This document shows positions 7,605 through 18,358 of a DNA stretch of 34,184 nt, piece by piece (within the stretch, counting starts at the first letter, position 1; every line of letters begins with the position of its first letter). A model generated the notes under the pieces. The model saw only the letters and a program-made list of their open reading frames with translations, did not search any database and had not been told where the DNA came from. The DNA lies in contig JAVBNQ010000004.1 of the NCBI GenBank assembly GCA_031551405.1, positions 1 to 34,184 of the forward strand, given 5' to 3'. This DNA comes from a bacterium (GTDB taxonomy: Bacteria > RUG730). The translations under genes and the position numbers were made by a program.

Positions 7605-8807
7605 TTACAGATGCCTTTCAGGAGCTGTTTGCATGGCTTCAAATTTAAATTTGTCTTTTGCTTTTTTTCTGCCAAAACAAACGCCCATATTCTCATGAAA
7701 TGCTATTAATTTTTCATCAACATGTCTTTGTTCTATCGCGTCTTTTGTTTTCATGTAACGAATTTTTTCGCCTTTTACGTCGACGACCGTGACTCCATGA
7801 ATGTCATTCATAAGCAAAAGTACACTCGCGCCGCCGGCTTCTTTACCAAAATTCACGTCAAAAGCCGAAGCTTTTCCGCACCTTACTAAATGTCCGGGCC
7901 GAACTTCTCTGACTTCCGGCGTTTCGTACAAGCCTTTCACATACATTTTTGTTTCTTCCATAAAATCCAAAATGCTCGAATCTTGCTTAAATCTCTTCGT
8001 TAATTCCTGACAAACATATTTTCCGGCTCCAGCCAATTTTTTGTGTCCAAAAGCGTCAATTCCGGCTGATTCGTCGACAATCTCGATTCCGCTAGCGTCA
8101 CGTAAACCTTCTGCTACAACGATCGTGTAGGTTCCGGCATAAACATCGCTCTCTTTTATTCGTTTGCAAAGCTTTGCTTTCACGTCTTGGTACAAAACGT
8201 CGAAATCCGTCGGAACTTCCGGAATCAAAATTGCATCTGCTTCTGCTCCAACTCCTCCTCTAAAAGCCGTATGCCCTGCGTATCTTCCAAAAACTTCCAC
8301 GACCATGACTCTATTGTGAGTTCTTCCGGTCGTTTTCAAGTCGTAAACAAAATCCGAAATACGATTCACAGTCGAATCTCCGCCGACAGAATAAGTTTGC
8401 AAATCAAGGTCCATAGTTTTCGGAGCGTGAACGCATTTTATGCCGTTAGACGACAAATCAATGATTACACTGCCGGTGTCATCGCCTCCGGAAATTATGA
8501 GCCCGTCAATATCAAATTTCCTCAAACCTTCTTTAATTCTATCGTATTTATGTTCGTCGTTAATTTTCTTGATTTTTACTCGAGAGTGTCCAGCTTCTGA
8601 TCCAGCCAAAACTGACGTAAAGTCCTCGACCCTTTCATTGGTTAACTCGACTAACTTATCAAACTCAAGCAAGTTATAAAGCCCAGCATATCCGTTTGGA
8701 ATAACAAAAAGTTTTACATCATTGCTAAGAGCCATTTGTGCCGCACCTTTCACGACGGCATTTAATCCTCCGCAATCGCCTCCGCTTGTGATAATCCCTA
8801 AGTTCAT
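7605..8807 (-). CDS. pfp: 6-phosphofructokinase, probably pyrophosphate-dependent
   Basis: TSGGDCGGLNA, GGDDT and PKTMDLD (Asp/Lys signature of PPi-type enzymes), EVFGRYAGH, VVAEG, DAFGH. Start set at ATG 8807 with AAGGAG at 8814-8819. Confidence 0.88.
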   Translation of the reverse strand: MNLGIITSGGDCGGLNAVVKGAAQMALSNDVKLFVIPNGYAGLYNLLEFDKLVELTNERVEDFTSVLAGSEAGHSRVKIKKINDEHKYDRIKEGLRKFDIDGLIISGGDDTGSVIIDLSSNGIKCVHAPKTMDLDLQTYSVGGDSTVNRISDFVYDLKTTGRTHNRVMVVEVFGRYAGHTAFRGGVGAEADAILIPEVPTDFDVLYQDVKAKLCKRIKESDVYAGTYTIVVAEGLRDASGIEIVDESAGIDAFGHKKLAGAGKYVCQELTKRFKQDSSILDFMEETKMYVKGLYETPEVREVRPGHLVRCGKASAFDVNFGKEAGGASVLLLMNDIHGVTVVDVKGEKIRYMKTKDAIEQRHVDEKLIAFHENMGVCFGRKKAKDKFKFEAMQTAPERHL

Positions 8808-8842
8808 AAAATTCTCCTTTTGACAAAAATTTTGAGTTCGCA

Positions 8843-8871
8843 ATTATACATAATTAAAAAAAATAAGTTAA
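8843..8871 (-). promoter_or_regulatory. Putative sigma70 promoter for the phosphofructokinase gene
   Basis: TTAACT (8866-8871), 17-bp spacer, perfect TATAAT (8843-8848), 35 bp upstream of the start codon. AT-richness limits certainty. Confidence 0.55.
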
Positions 8872-9016
8872 GAAATTTTATAATAGCAATAAAATTTATA
8901 TTGCCCTCAACATTAATAAAATTTAGTTTAGCAAAATTAGCAGCTTTTACCTACGGATTTCGGACTAAGTTTTTTTTGACTAGAGCTCTCATCTTATATA
9001 AAAATTTAGCTAAAAA

Positions 9017-10402
9017 CTAGGTTTGCAACTCGAACATTTTATCGATGTAAAAAGCTGCTTTTTTACCAGCGCCCATAGCAGAAATCACAGTCGCAGCACC
9101 TGTTGTGATATCTCCGCCTGCAAAAACGCCTTTTTGACTAGTTTCCATAGTTTCCGGATCAACAACAATATGTTGTTTCTCATCTAATTCCAACCCAAAA
9201 CTTTTTGCAATAACCGGATTAACATCCTGACCTATCGCAATAACCGCCATATCGACTTCAAGCATTTCAAAATCACTCGTTATTTTTTCAACCTTTCGTC
9301 TATTTTTCGCATCTTTTTCTTCGGACAAGCGCATTTTCTGCAATTTTATACCTTTCAAATTACCGAGTTCATCACCCAAAAAGTCTATTGGATCCGTCAG
9401 AAATAAAAATTTCACGCCTTCTTCTTCTGCGTGCAAAATTTCAATTTGACGAGCAGGCATTTCGTCTTTTGTCCTACGGTAAACGACGTAAACTTCCTCC
9501 AGTCCAATTCTAACAAGCGTCCGAGCAGAATCCATCGCAACATTTCCTCCACCAACAACAACAGCTTTTTTCCCGAGATTAATAGGAGTGTCGTACTGTG
9601 GAAAAAGATTTGCAGACATAAGATTTATTCGAGTCAAAAATTCATTTGCAGAATAAATATTTTTTAGATTTTCGTTGGGAATATTCAGAAAAAAAGGTGT
9701 GCCAGCTCCGGATGCAACAAAAAATGCTTCGAAACCATCGTTTTTCAAATCATCAAAAGTAAGCGTTTTCCCGACTAATGTATTGACGACAAATTTTACG
9801 CCAAGATTTTTGAGAAAATCTATCTCTTGATCCAAAATTTTTCGAGGAAGCCTAAATTTAGGAATCCCAAATCGCAAAACCCCTCCAATCGCGTGCAAAG
9901 CCTCAAAAATTGTTACAGGATACCCGAGTTTAACGCACTCGCCGGCGCAGGCAAGCCCGGCCGGACCACTCCCAATTATCGCTATTTTTCTATGACTCGC
10001 GCGCTCTCTAGGCTTTTGCTCCAACTTTATGTCATTCACCAAAGCCCAATCCGCTACAAATCTCTCGAGATTGCCAATCGCTATTTCACTACACTTTACT
10101 TTTAAAACGCAAGCGCCTTCGCATTGCGTTTCCTGAGGACAAATCCGTCCAGTGATTCCCGGAAACGGATTTTTAGATTTTATTATTTCAAAAGCTTTCT
10201 TAAAATCACGATTTGAAATAGCTGTCAAAAAATCCGGGATATCAATCCCAACGGGACAGCCAATTTTGCATCTTGGATTTTTACAATTGAGGCATCTTTT
10301 TGCCTCATTCACAGCCTCATCTTCAAAATAGCCAAGAACTACTTCCTCAAAATCTTGTTTTCTGATTGAGATATTTCTTTCGCTAATTTTTTGTCTTTGC
10401 AT
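9017..10402 (-). CDS. nfnB: NfnB/SudA-like (GltD-family) NADPH-dependent Fe-S flavoprotein, large subunit of electron-bifurcating transhydrogenase
   Basis: EAKRCLNCKNPRCKIGCPVGIDIP, GRICPQETQCEGAC, GSGPAG, GGGNVAMD, YRRT, FAGGDITTGAATVISAMGAG. The NfnA-like partner is at 13527-14348 and no gltB is in the window. Start set at ATG 10402. Confidence 0.85.
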   Translation of the reverse strand: MQRQKISERNISIRKQDFEEVVLGYFEDEAVNEAKRCLNCKNPRCKIGCPVGIDIPDFLTAISNRDFKKAFEIIKSKNPFPGITGRICPQETQCEGACVLKVKCSEIAIGNLERFVADWALVNDIKLEQKPRERASHRKIAIIGSGPAGLACAGECVKLGYPVTIFEALHAIGGVLRFGIPKFRLPRKILDQEIDFLKNLGVKFVVNTLVGKTLTFDDLKNDGFEAFFVASGAGTPFFLNIPNENLKNIYSANEFLTRINLMSANLFPQYDTPINLGKKAVVVGGGNVAMDSARTLVRIGLEEVYVVYRRTKDEMPARQIEILHAEEEGVKFLFLTDPIDFLGDELGNLKGIKLQKMRLSEEKDAKNRRKVEKITSDFEMLEVDMAVIAIGQDVNPVIAKSFGLELDEKQHIVVDPETMETSQKGVFAGGDITTGAATVISAMGAGKKAAFYIDKMFELQT

Positions 10403-10587
10403 TTTAAAACACCTGTAAAATTTGAATAAAGTAGAAGTTTTCAAAAAACTTAAAATTTTCTTTTCCAGCAAAACCTGAGGACTTCAAAAAAACAAAATTT
10501 AGTGCAAAAAAAACGAGAATATATTTCCCTAAATTTTTCCACTTTCCTCCATGAAAGAAAAAACAGAAATTTTAAACTCGTAAAAAT

Positions 10588-11823
10588 TTAATAGAGAGGA
10601 AACTTTTGGCACAAATTCTTCACATTTGCTTTGATTTCAGCAATTTTTTTCTCGTCAGTTGGGTTTGAAAGAACTGTGTCAATAAAACCTGCGATTAATT
10701 CCATCTCCGATTCTTTCATATCTCGAGTTGTGATAGCCGGAGTCCCAAGTCTAATCCCGCTCGCTACAAACGGTTTTTGCGTATCAAACGGAATTGTATT
10801 TTTATTCGTCGTGATTCCGGCTTTATCCAGTGCGATTTCCGCTTCTTTTCCAGTCAAACTTTTCGAAGCCAACACATCAACCAACATCAAATGATTGTCG
10901 GTTCCACCTGAAATTATTCGATAACCTTTATTTTTTAGCGAATTTGATAGAGCTTGCGCATTTTTCAAAATCTGGTTTTGATAAACCTTAAATTCGTCAG
11001 AAAGAGCCTCTTTAAAAGCAACCGCTTTTGCTGCAATCACATGCATAAGCGGCCCTCCTTGAATCCCAGGAAAAACAGTACGATTGATTTCCTGAGCGTA
11101 TTTTTCTTTTGCCATAATCATGCCGGAACGCGGTCCTCGCAAAGTTTTGTGAGTCGTCGTAGTCACAAAATCAGCAAAAGCAACAGGCGAAGGATGTAGA
11201 CCCGTCGCAACAAGTCCGGCAATATGCGCAATATCAACCATCATAAATGCTCCGACTTTATCACAAATTTTCCTAATCCTTTCGAAATCTATTGTCCGAG
11301 AATAAGCGCTCGCTCCGGCAACTATCATTTTTGGTTTATGAGCGAGAGCCAGCCGTTCCATCTCCTCGTAATCGATCATTTCAGTTTCTCGTGAAACGCC
11401 GTATGAAACAATATTGAAATATTTCCCAGAAAAATTCATCGGATGCCCGTGTGACAAATGGCCGCCGCAACTCAAATCCATTCCCATGATCGTGTCGCCG
11501 ATATTCAAAACTGAAAGATAAACCGCAATATTTGCGCTTGTTCCCGAGTGAGGTTGAACGTTTACAAATTCTGCGCCAAAAAGTTTTTTTGCTCTAGCAA
11601 TAGCCAACTCCTCACAAACATCAACAAATTCGCAGCCGCCGTAATAACGTTTACCAGGATAACCCTCGGCATATTTGTTCGTTAAAACAGTGCCTTGAGC
11701 TTCCATCACAGCTCGAGACACAAAATTTTCCGATGCTATCAATTCGATATTGCTATTTTGACGGTTTTTCTCATTTTGAATCGCGTCGTAAATCTCAGGA
11801 TCAAAAATTTTAATATTGTCCAC
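10588..11823 (-). CDS. glyA: Serine hydroxymethyltransferase
   Basis: [44 protein letters not shown] (PLP lysine), [12 protein letters not shown] start with GGAGGA RBS. Confidence 0.98.
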   Translation of the reverse strand: MDNIKIFDPEIYDAIQNEKNRQNSNIELIASENFVSRAVMEAQGTVLTNKYAEGYPGKRYYGGCEFVDVCEELAIARAKKLFGAEFVNVQPHSGTSANIAVYLSVLNIGDTIMGMDLSCGGHLSHGHPMNFSGKYFNIVSYGVSRETEMIDYEEMERLALAHKPKMIVAGASAYSRTIDFERIRKICDKVGAFMMVDIAHIAGLVATGLHPSPVAFADFVTTTTHKTLRGPRSGMIMAKEKYAQEINRTVFPGIQGGPLMHVIAAKAVAFKEALSDEFKVYQNQILKNAQALSNSLKNKGYRIISGGTDNHLMLVDVLASKSLTGKEAEIALDKAGITTNKNTIPFDTQKPFVASGIRLGTPAITTRDMKESEMELIAGFIDTVLSNPTDEKKIAEIKANVKNLCQKFPLY

Positions 11824-13420
11824 TTTTCCTCCAATCTATTAAAAAATTTTTTATAATTTCTAAATCTAAAGCCACAATCTTGACTTTGCCTAATTCTTCC
11901 GGCAAAATAAAATCAATTTTCCCATCAAAAGACTTTTTATCTCTCGACATAATTTCAATAATTTTTGTAATATCAAAATTATTTTCCGTATTTTGTAATT
12001 TCCTTCTGATTTTTTTATTTTCAAAACCTATTTTTTCTAGCAAAATTTCGAGTTTTTTTAAATTTTCCACATCGCAAAGCCCAAGCTTTACCGATACAAA
12101 AGCTGCAAATTCCATACCAACTGCGACTGCTTCTCCGTGTTTTAAACCTTGGTAATTCTCATAAGTTTCTAGAGCATGTCCCAGCGTATGCCCAAAATTC
12201 AAAATCTTTCGCAAGTTCGACTCTTTTTCATCTTTCTCGACTACATAAGCTTTTGCATTTACGGATTTTTCCAGCATTGTCGCGATTATTTTATCGTCTT
12301 TCGCTAAAACTTTATCGATATTTTTTTCAAAAAAATCCCAATATTCTCTCGAGTAAATCGCGCCGTATTTTACAACTTCAGCCAATCCGTTTTTAAATTC
12401 TCTTTCGTCCAAAGTTTTCAAAAATTTCTGATCGATCCAGACTAAACTCGGCTGATAAAAAGCTCCGACCAAATTCTTGCCTTCCTCGAGATCAAAACCT
12501 GTTTTCCCGCCAATGCTGGCGTCGACTTGAGCCAAAAGCGTCGTCGGAAGCTGAACGAAATCGATTCCTCGCAAATACGTCGCAGCCACAAATCCCGCCA
12601 TATCTCCGACAACTCCGCCTCCAAAAGCAATGATTAAAGACGAGCGATCTAAATTATTTTTTGCGCAGGCTTTATACATCAAATTTATTTGCTCAAAATT
12701 TTTGGATTCCTCAGAGCCTTGAAAAACATACGATGAAACTTGATAATTTTTGCCTTTAAAAATCGCCAGCAAATCCGGCAAATACAATTTTTCAATATTT
12801 TTATCTGCAATTATCAAAATTTTTCTGTTTTTCGCTCCGGGAAGCCAATGAATAAGTTCTCTAAAACTTTTACCAATAAAAATCTGATATGATTTGTCAT
12901 TTTCAAGATTTACAAATCTAGCGCGAGGCAAAAACGAAACAATTTTTTCTGCTATTTCGGTAGGATTTAAGCCGTTTGTATCAATAAAATAATTGTTTTT
13001 TGCATAAAAATTTTGGCGAACTGCCAGCAATTCTTTTATTTTAGCGAATGGATTTTCAGATTGCAAAAGTGGTCGCGTATCGTCAGTTTTTAGTCTACGA
13101 TAAATCTCTTCAGGCGAAGCTTCGAGGCAAATAATCATTGAATTTTTTTGCAAATTGTTGATATTTTCGTGTCGTAAAACCGCGCCGCCGCCGGTTGAAA
13201 TAATTTTTTTGTCAAGCCGTGAAACTTCCTCAATGACTTTTGCTTCGCAATCCCGAAAATAAGTTTCGCCAAAATTCGCAAAAATCTCGCTTATTTTTGT
13301 CTTTTCTGTCGTTTCAACCAAATGATCAGTGTCGAGCATTTCCCAGCCTAAAATTTTGGCAAGCTCACTCGAGACAGAAGTTTTTCCGGTTCCCATAAAA
13401 CCGGTCAAGACTATGTTCAT
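11810..13420 (-). CDS. aroKB: Bifunctional shikimate kinase / 3-dehydroquinate synthase (AroK-AroB fusion)
   Basis: N-terminal [27 protein letters not shown]-terminal [55 protein letters not shown]. Confidence 0.95.
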   Translation of the reverse strand: MNIVLTGFMGTGKTSVSSELAKILGWEMLDTDHLVETTEKTKISEIFANFGETYFRDCEAKVIEEVSRLDKKIISTGGGAVLRHENINNLQKNSMIICLEASPEEIYRRLKTDDTRPLLQSENPFAKIKELLAVRQNFYAKNNYFIDTNGLNPTEIAEKIVSFLPRARFVNLENDKSYQIFIGKSFRELIHWLPGAKNRKILIIADKNIEKLYLPDLLAIFKGKNYQVSSYVFQGSEESKNFEQINLMYKACAKNNLDRSSLIIAFGGGVVGDMAGFVAATYLRGIDFVQLPTTLLAQVDASIGGKTGFDLEEGKNLVGAFYQPSLVWIDQKFLKTLDEREFKNGLAEVVKYGAIYSREYWDFFEKNIDKVLAKDDKIIATMLEKSVNAKAYVVEKDEKESNLRKILNFGHTLGHALETYENYQGLKHGEAVAVGMEFAAFVSVKLGLCDVENLKKLEILLEKIGFENKKIRRKLQNTENNFDITKIIEIMSRDKKSFDGKIDFILPEELGKVKIVALDLEIIKNFLIDWRKSGQY

Positions 13421-13526
13421 TTTTTCTCCAGTAAAAATTTTTAACGATTTTTTGAAAAAATAACTATTTTTCTCTCAAAAAAAATTTTAGATAAATGCAA
13501 TTTTTGAATAAAAAAATATTTCAAAA

Positions 13527-14348
13527 TTATTTTGTTTTCAAATTTTCTAACGATTTTTTTTCTTTTTCCAAATAACTTTTCTGCCTTTTAGTTATTTCCG
13601 AAAAATCTATTTTATACGCATCAAACTCAGGTCCGTCTACGCACGCAAAAACTGATTTTCCATCGTAAGTGATTCTGCAGGCACCACACATCCCGATCCC
13701 GTCGAGCATTAAAACCTCGAGGCTGACTCGCATCAAAACGTCATGTTTTTTCGCGATCTCAAAAACAATTTGCATCATCGGAATCGGACCGACTGCAAAA
13801 ATCATGTCGACCTTTTCCGTCTCTAAAATTTGGCTCAAAACGTCAGTAGTAAATCCTTTTTGCCCAATACTTCCGTCGTTAGATGTAATAAAAAATTTAT
13901 CGCTCAAATCTCGCATTTCATCAGCCAAAAACAGCATCTCTTTTGCTCTAACTCCGAGAATTGAGTAGACTTTATTGTTTACAGATTTTAAAGCTTTTGC
14001 GATCGAGTAAATAGCTGCGATTCCGACTCCGCCTCCGATACAAACGACTTTGCCATAAGTCTGAATCTGACTCGGATTCCCAAGCGGACCAAGAAAATCT
14101 TGAATAAAATCGCCTTGATTTAAAGCGCCCAACTTTTGCGTCGAAACGCCAAGTATCTGAAAAATAATTTTTACGGAATCAGTCTCTAGACAGGTTGAAA
14201 CAATTGTAAGAGGTATTCTCTCGGAAAACTCATCCAGACGAATCATCACAAATTGTCCCGGTTTTGCATTTTTAGCAACATTCGGAGCCAAAATATCTAG
14301 TTCTATTAAATTTTCCGCTATAATTTTTTTTGAAATTATTTTAAACAT
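13527..14348 (-). CDS. nfnA: NfnA/SudB-like ferredoxin-NADP reductase family subunit (FAD, 2Fe-2S)
   Basis: PGQFVMIR, ERIPLTI, GPLGNP, GGGVGIA, DGIGMCGACR (Asp-Cys-Cys ligands), ACVDGPEFD. Confidence 0.85.
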   Translation of the reverse strand: MFKIISKKIIAENLIELDILAPNVAKNAKPGQFVMIRLDEFSERIPLTIVSTCLETDSVKIIFQILGVSTQKLGALNQGDFIQDFLGPLGNPSQIQTYGKVVCIGGGVGIAAIYSIAKALKSVNNKVYSILGVRAKEMLFLADEMRDLSDKFFITSNDGSIGQKGFTTDVLSQILETEKVDMIFAVGPIPMMQIVFEIAKKHDVLMRVSLEVLMLDGIGMCGACRITYDGKSVFACVDGPEFDAYKIDFSEITKRQKSYLEKEKKSLENLKTK

Positions 14349-14368
14349 TATTTTACAAAAAATCCTTT

Positions 14369-15334
14369 TTATTGCTCGTCTAAAAAAACATTATAAAGTC
14401 TTGCATTTTCTTGAACAAAATTTTTTGGCGCAAACTCGTCTTTTAAATCCTTCAAATTTTCATAAGCATTCATAATTTTTGCGTCGATATTGTCCATGTA
14501 ATGCACGATAATCGCTTCTGGAATTTTGGGAAGAACTGGCGCTCCCCACTCGTATTTACCGTGATGAGCCAAAATTACATGTAAAATTTTTAGTAGTTTG
14601 TCGTCGGTTTTTTTGTCATTATTAATTTCTTTCGCCGCATCACTTATTTTTTTCGTAGACATGTAAATATGCCCCAAAAATTCGCCACATTTAGTAGTTT
14701 TTATATTGGGAGAATCATTGTCGTACTCCCAAATTTTTCCAATATCGTGAAAAAGCGCGCCAAATACTACGATATCTCGAGTTAATTTATTATCAAAATA
14801 AGGGTTATAAAAGTTTACCGTGAAATCACTGAGTTTCGCGACGGCTATCGAGTGTTCCAAAAGCCCGCCAACCCAGGCATTGTGAACATATTCTGCAGCC
14901 GGCGCAGTTTTAAATTTTTTGATAATGTTTTCGCTCAAAATATTTTTTGTCAAGGCAATCACAAACTCGTCCTGAAAACTAGCGATTATTTTCTGAAATT
15001 CTTGCCACAAAGCTTCAAGATTTAATGACGACGTTTTTTTGAAGTCAGATTCATTAATTTGATGAGGCTCGAGCTCAGTCGCAGTTTTAAGATTGATTTG
15101 CAAAGTCCCGTTGAAAGTTTCTGCTATACCTCGAAATTCGTAATAAAACCCGGTTTTTGGAAGAGTGACAAAATTATTCGAAGTGTCCCACAAATTGTAC
15201 TTTAAAACGCAAGAATTATCTCGAACTTCTCCGGTCAAATAACTTTTGCCTGTTTTACTCTTTTTCTCAACGCTAGAAATCACATAAACCGGCAATTTAA
15301 ATTCTTGATTTTCTTTTATATCGATTAATTTCAT
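14369..15334 (-). CDS. yhaM: 3'-5' exoribonuclease YhaM/Cbf1 family (OB-fold plus HD domain)
   Basis: N-terminal OB-like region (KSKTGKSYL...LWD...FNGTLQI); APAA-HNAWVGGLLEHS, LFHDIGK, LGHI, ILAHHGKYEWGAPVLP, DNIDAK. Confidence 0.88.
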   Translation of the reverse strand: MKLIDIKENQEFKLPVYVISSVEKKSKTGKSYLTGEVRDNSCVLKYNLWDTSNNFVTLPKTGFYYEFRGIAETFNGTLQINLKTATELEPHQINESDFKKTSSLNLEALWQEFQKIIASFQDEFVIALTKNILSENIIKKFKTAPAAEYVHNAWVGGLLEHSIAVAKLSDFTVNFYNPYFDNKLTRDIVVFGALFHDIGKIWEYDNDSPNIKTTKCGEFLGHIYMSTKKISDAAKEINNDKKTDDKLLKILHVILAHHGKYEWGAPVLPKIPEAIIVHYMDNIDAKIMNAYENLKDLKDEFAPKNFVQENARLYNVFLDEQ

Positions 15335-15382
15335 TTTCCCTCGCCGTCTAAAAGTTTATCTCGTGTTTATTTTGTATTTTAT

Positions 15383-15697
15383 TTAAATTTTGGTTTCTAA
15401 AAACTCAATCGCTTTTTCAACGTTTTTCTCTAGATTCGCTGCTAAACTTTTTATTTCTCCGTCACTTTCATTTCGTTTTTGTTGAAAAATTTCGTCAATT
15501 TTCTTTTTTTCATCATTAAAATATTTTTCAAATTTCTCGTCTATTTTTTCAATCTTTTCAATTTTTTCAACATTTTTCTTCTGACGAAACTCTACAACAT
15601 TTTTTTTGGAATCGTCTTTTGTTCTATTAATTTTTTGTTTATTGTTTGTCTCAAGATCTTTTATTTTGCTAAAAACTTCCTCAAAACTCAAAGTCAT
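15383..15697 (-). CDS. Small highly charged helical protein; weak resemblance to A/V-type ATPase peripheral-stalk subunit H/G
   Basis: 104 aa, K/E-rich; starts 8 bp after the glmS stop with GGGGA RBS; C-terminal NVEKAIEFL. The function is speculative. Confidence 0.6.
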   Translation of the reverse strand: MTLSFEEVFSKIKDLETNNKQKINRTKDDSKKNVVEFRQKKNVEKIEKIEKIDEKFEKYFNDEKKKIDEIFQQKRNESDGEIKSLAANLEKNVEKAIEFLETKI

Positions 15698-15705
15698 TTT
15701 TCCCC

Positions 15706-17547
15706 CTATTCAACTGTGACGCTTTTTGCCAAATTTCGCGGCTGGTCAACGTCGCAACCTCGCATTTCTCCGATGAAATACGCCAAAAACTGAAGTGGAA
15801 CAATATTTAAAATAGGCGACAAAATATCCAAAGTTTTCGGCAAATAACACACGAAATCCGCGTTATTTTTTATCTCGACATTTCCCTCACTAGCAAGCGC
15901 TAAAATCTGACCATTTCGAGCCCTCGCTTCTGCCAAATTCGACGCAATTTTTTCATAAACGCTGGATTGGGTCGCGATTGTCAAAACCGGCATATTTTCA
16001 TCGATCAACGCAATAGGCCCGTGTTTCATTTCGCCGGCAGGATACCCTTCGGCGTGAATATACGAAATTTCCTTAAGCTTCAAAGCTCCCTCAAGAGCTA
16101 TCGGATAATTTATGTTTCTACCCAAGTACAAAAAACTTCGCATTTTATAAAATTTTTTTGCCCATTCTTCCATCACACTTTTTGTGTTTTTCAAACAAGC
16201 TTCGATTTGTAAAGGAATTTTAACGAGTTGACTCAGAATTTCCGAAATTTTTTCGTCCTGCAAAAAACCACGCCTTTTACCTAGATACAAAGCGACCAGA
16301 TACAAAACCGCCAGCTGTGCAGTAAAAGCCTTCGTCGACGCGACTCCGATTTCCGGACCGCATCTTGTGTATACGACGCTGTCAGCTTTTCTAGCCAAAG
16401 TCGAGTCCATCACATTACAAATTGCAAGATTTTTTGTACCAATCTTTCGCGTCTCTTCAAAACTTGCGATTGTATCCGCAGTTTCTCCTGACTGACTTAT
16501 CGGTATTACTAAACAATTTTTATCGATAACATTCGCGTGAGTTCTGTATCTAAATTCAGAAGCTATGTCGACTTCACAAGGAAGTCCAACCAAATCTTCA
16601 AATAAAAACTTACCTATCAAACCTGAATGATAAGAAGTCCCACATGCCAAAATCACGACTCTAGAAATTGATTTTATATCATCAACCGAGAGTTTGATAT
16701 TGTCAAGAATCACGTCGTTATTTACAATGTCAATTCTTCCTCGCAAAGTATCTTCAATCACAACAGGCTGTTCGTATATCTCCTTAAGCATAAAATGTTT
16801 GTAGCCGCCTTTTTCAGCCATTACAGGATCCCAATTTATCGTCTTAGGCTCACGAATTACGGTAGAATCATTTCCATCGTAAATTTTGCATTCTGCTTTT
16901 GAAAGTACCGCAATGTCTCCATCTTCCAAAATCGCAATCTTATTCGTGTACGAGAGAACTGCCGTAATATCCGACGCAACAAACATTTCACCAGTCCCAA
17001 GCCCGATAATAAGCGGACTGTTTTGTTTCGCGACCAAAATCTCATCGGGATTTTCCAGACAAATCGCTGCGATTGCAAAAGAGCCTTTTAATTCTTTGCG
17101 AACTTTTCTAAAAGCTGAGAGTAAATCTTGAGTCTCATCGTAATATTTCTCAAGCAAATGTGAAATTACCTCGGTATCCGTGTCAGAGTTAAATTTGTAT
17201 TTTTTCGACAATTCGCTTTTCAATGAAGCATAATTCTCAATGATTCCGTTATGAACAACCGCTATTTTTCTGCTATCGCTCAAGTGTGGATGAGCATTTT
17301 GTTCACTGGGTTTTCCATGAGTAGCCCACCTCGTGTGGCCAATCCCAAGTCTTGCAGTCAAAGCTTTTTCAGCTAGCATTGACTCGAGATTAATCAATTT
17401 TCCAACTTTGCGAAATACTTCCAATTTATCATCTTGCAAAACAGCGATTCCGGATGAATCATATCCGCGATATTCAAGGCGTTTCAATCCATCAACCAAA
17501 ACTCTGTCTGCAATCCTATTTCCAACATATCCGATGATACCGCACAT
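15706..17547 (-). CDS. glmS: Glutamine--fructose-6-phosphate aminotransferase
   Basis: MCGIIG, LEYRGYDSSG, GHTRWATHG, HNGIIEN, SQSGETAD, ALKLKEISYIHAEG, DQPRNLAKSVTVE. Confidence 0.98.
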   Translation of the reverse strand: MCGIIGYVGNRIADRVLVDGLKRLEYRGYDSSGIAVLQDDKLEVFRKVGKLINLESMLAEKALTARLGIGHTRWATHGKPSEQNAHPHLSDSRKIAVVHNGIIENYASLKSELSKKYKFNSDTDTEVISHLLEKYYDETQDLLSAFRKVRKELKGSFAIAAICLENPDEILVAKQNSPLIIGLGTGEMFVASDITAVLSYTNKIAILEDGDIAVLSKAECKIYDGNDSTVIREPKTINWDPVMAEKGGYKHFMLKEIYEQPVVIEDTLRGRIDIVNNDVILDNIKLSVDDIKSISRVVILACGTSYHSGLIGKFLFEDLVGLPCEVDIASEFRYRTHANVIDKNCLVIPISQSGETADTIASFEETRKIGTKNLAICNVMDSTLARKADSVVYTRCGPEIGVASTKAFTAQLAVLYLVALYLGKRRGFLQDEKISEILSQLVKIPLQIEACLKNTKSVMEEWAKKFYKMRSFLYLGRNINYPIALEGALKLKEISYIHAEGYPAGEMKHGPIALIDENMPVLTIATQSSVYEKIASNLAEARARNGQILALASEGNVEIKNNADFVCYLPKTLDILSPILNIVPLQFLAYFIGEMRGCDVDQPRNLAKSVTVE

Positions 17548-17731
17548 TTTTCCTCCGAGACAATTTTGTTAGCAAAATAATTTTGTAATCTACTTTTTTA
17601 GTCGTGAAATTAAAATTCTTGCTTTTGATTAAAATTATAAAACCGCAATTTTTCTTTCCGTTACTTCAGATAAAACAATTCCATTTTTTCATTTTAAAAT
17701 AAACTCACAAGCTACACCGAAGTTTTTATGA

Positions 17732-18358
17732 TTAAAAAAATTTCAGTTTTTGCGTGAAAACATTTATCATTATGACGAGACCTAAAATCGGTAATAAATC
17801 GTACGTATTTTTTAGAGCATAAATCATGGCTTGCGGCAAACTATAAAACAAAACTTTTGCAATTGCAGCTGTCAGAAAAATACAGCAAAATAAAAGCAGA
17901 AAATTTGTAACAAAAAAAATAAAATTTCCATAAAACATGTTTTTTGTAATCGAACAATAATTTCCAATTTTTACTTTTTTTTCAACATTAGTTGCAAAAT
18001 TTGAGTTCAAAATTCTGAGCCCTGTCTCAACCTGCCGCAAAATAAAAACAATCGGAAATGCAATTAAAATTACAAACATATAAATCTCTGCCCCATAGAT
18101 CGGCAAAGCATAAATCGTTCCGAGCACTAAAGCCGTAAAAAGCGTGAGATTGATTGGAATCGCTGTCCCGGCATACAAAATATCAGCAAACAAGAACTCG
18201 AAATAAATTCCAATCTGTAATCCAATTTTTATGTCTCCCAAAATGATCCCGATGAGAGGACCAACAACAATTGGACGCGACACCATGAAATTTCCAATCA
18301 AACTATTATCCAAATTCAAAAGAGAAGCGACGAGACTAATAATAAAAATTTTAATCAT
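17732..18358 (-). CDS. Mannose/sorbose-class PTS IIC-like membrane protein (short)
   Basis: Hydrophobic; LD...MVSRPIVVGPLIGIILGDIKIGLQIG...E motif typical of the EIIC-Man N-terminus; overlaps the IIB stop (ATGA). Confidence 0.8.
   Translation of the reverse strand: MIKIFIISLVASLLNLDNSLIGNFMVSRPIVVGPLIGIILGDIKIGLQIGIYFEFLFADILYAGTAIPINLTLFTALVLGTIYALPIYGAEIYMFVILIAFPIVFILRQVETGLRILNSNFATNVEKKVKIGNYCSITKNMFYGNFIFFVTNFLLLFCCIFLTAAIAKVLFYSLPQAMIYALKNTYDLLPILGLVIMINVFTQKLKFF

Noticed and set aside
9017-10402. Glutamate synthase small subunit GltD
   Set aside because: No gltB in the window and an NfnA-like partner is nearby, so NfnB/SudA is the better reading.
13450-13485. A/T-only hairpin between nfnA and aroKB
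   Set aside because: The stem is almost entirely A/T runs, expected by chance at this composition.
17548-17731. glmS ribozyme or a PTS IID remnant upstream of glmS
   Set aside because: No AGCGCC...GACGAGG ribozyme core and no recognisable IID-like coding sequence.
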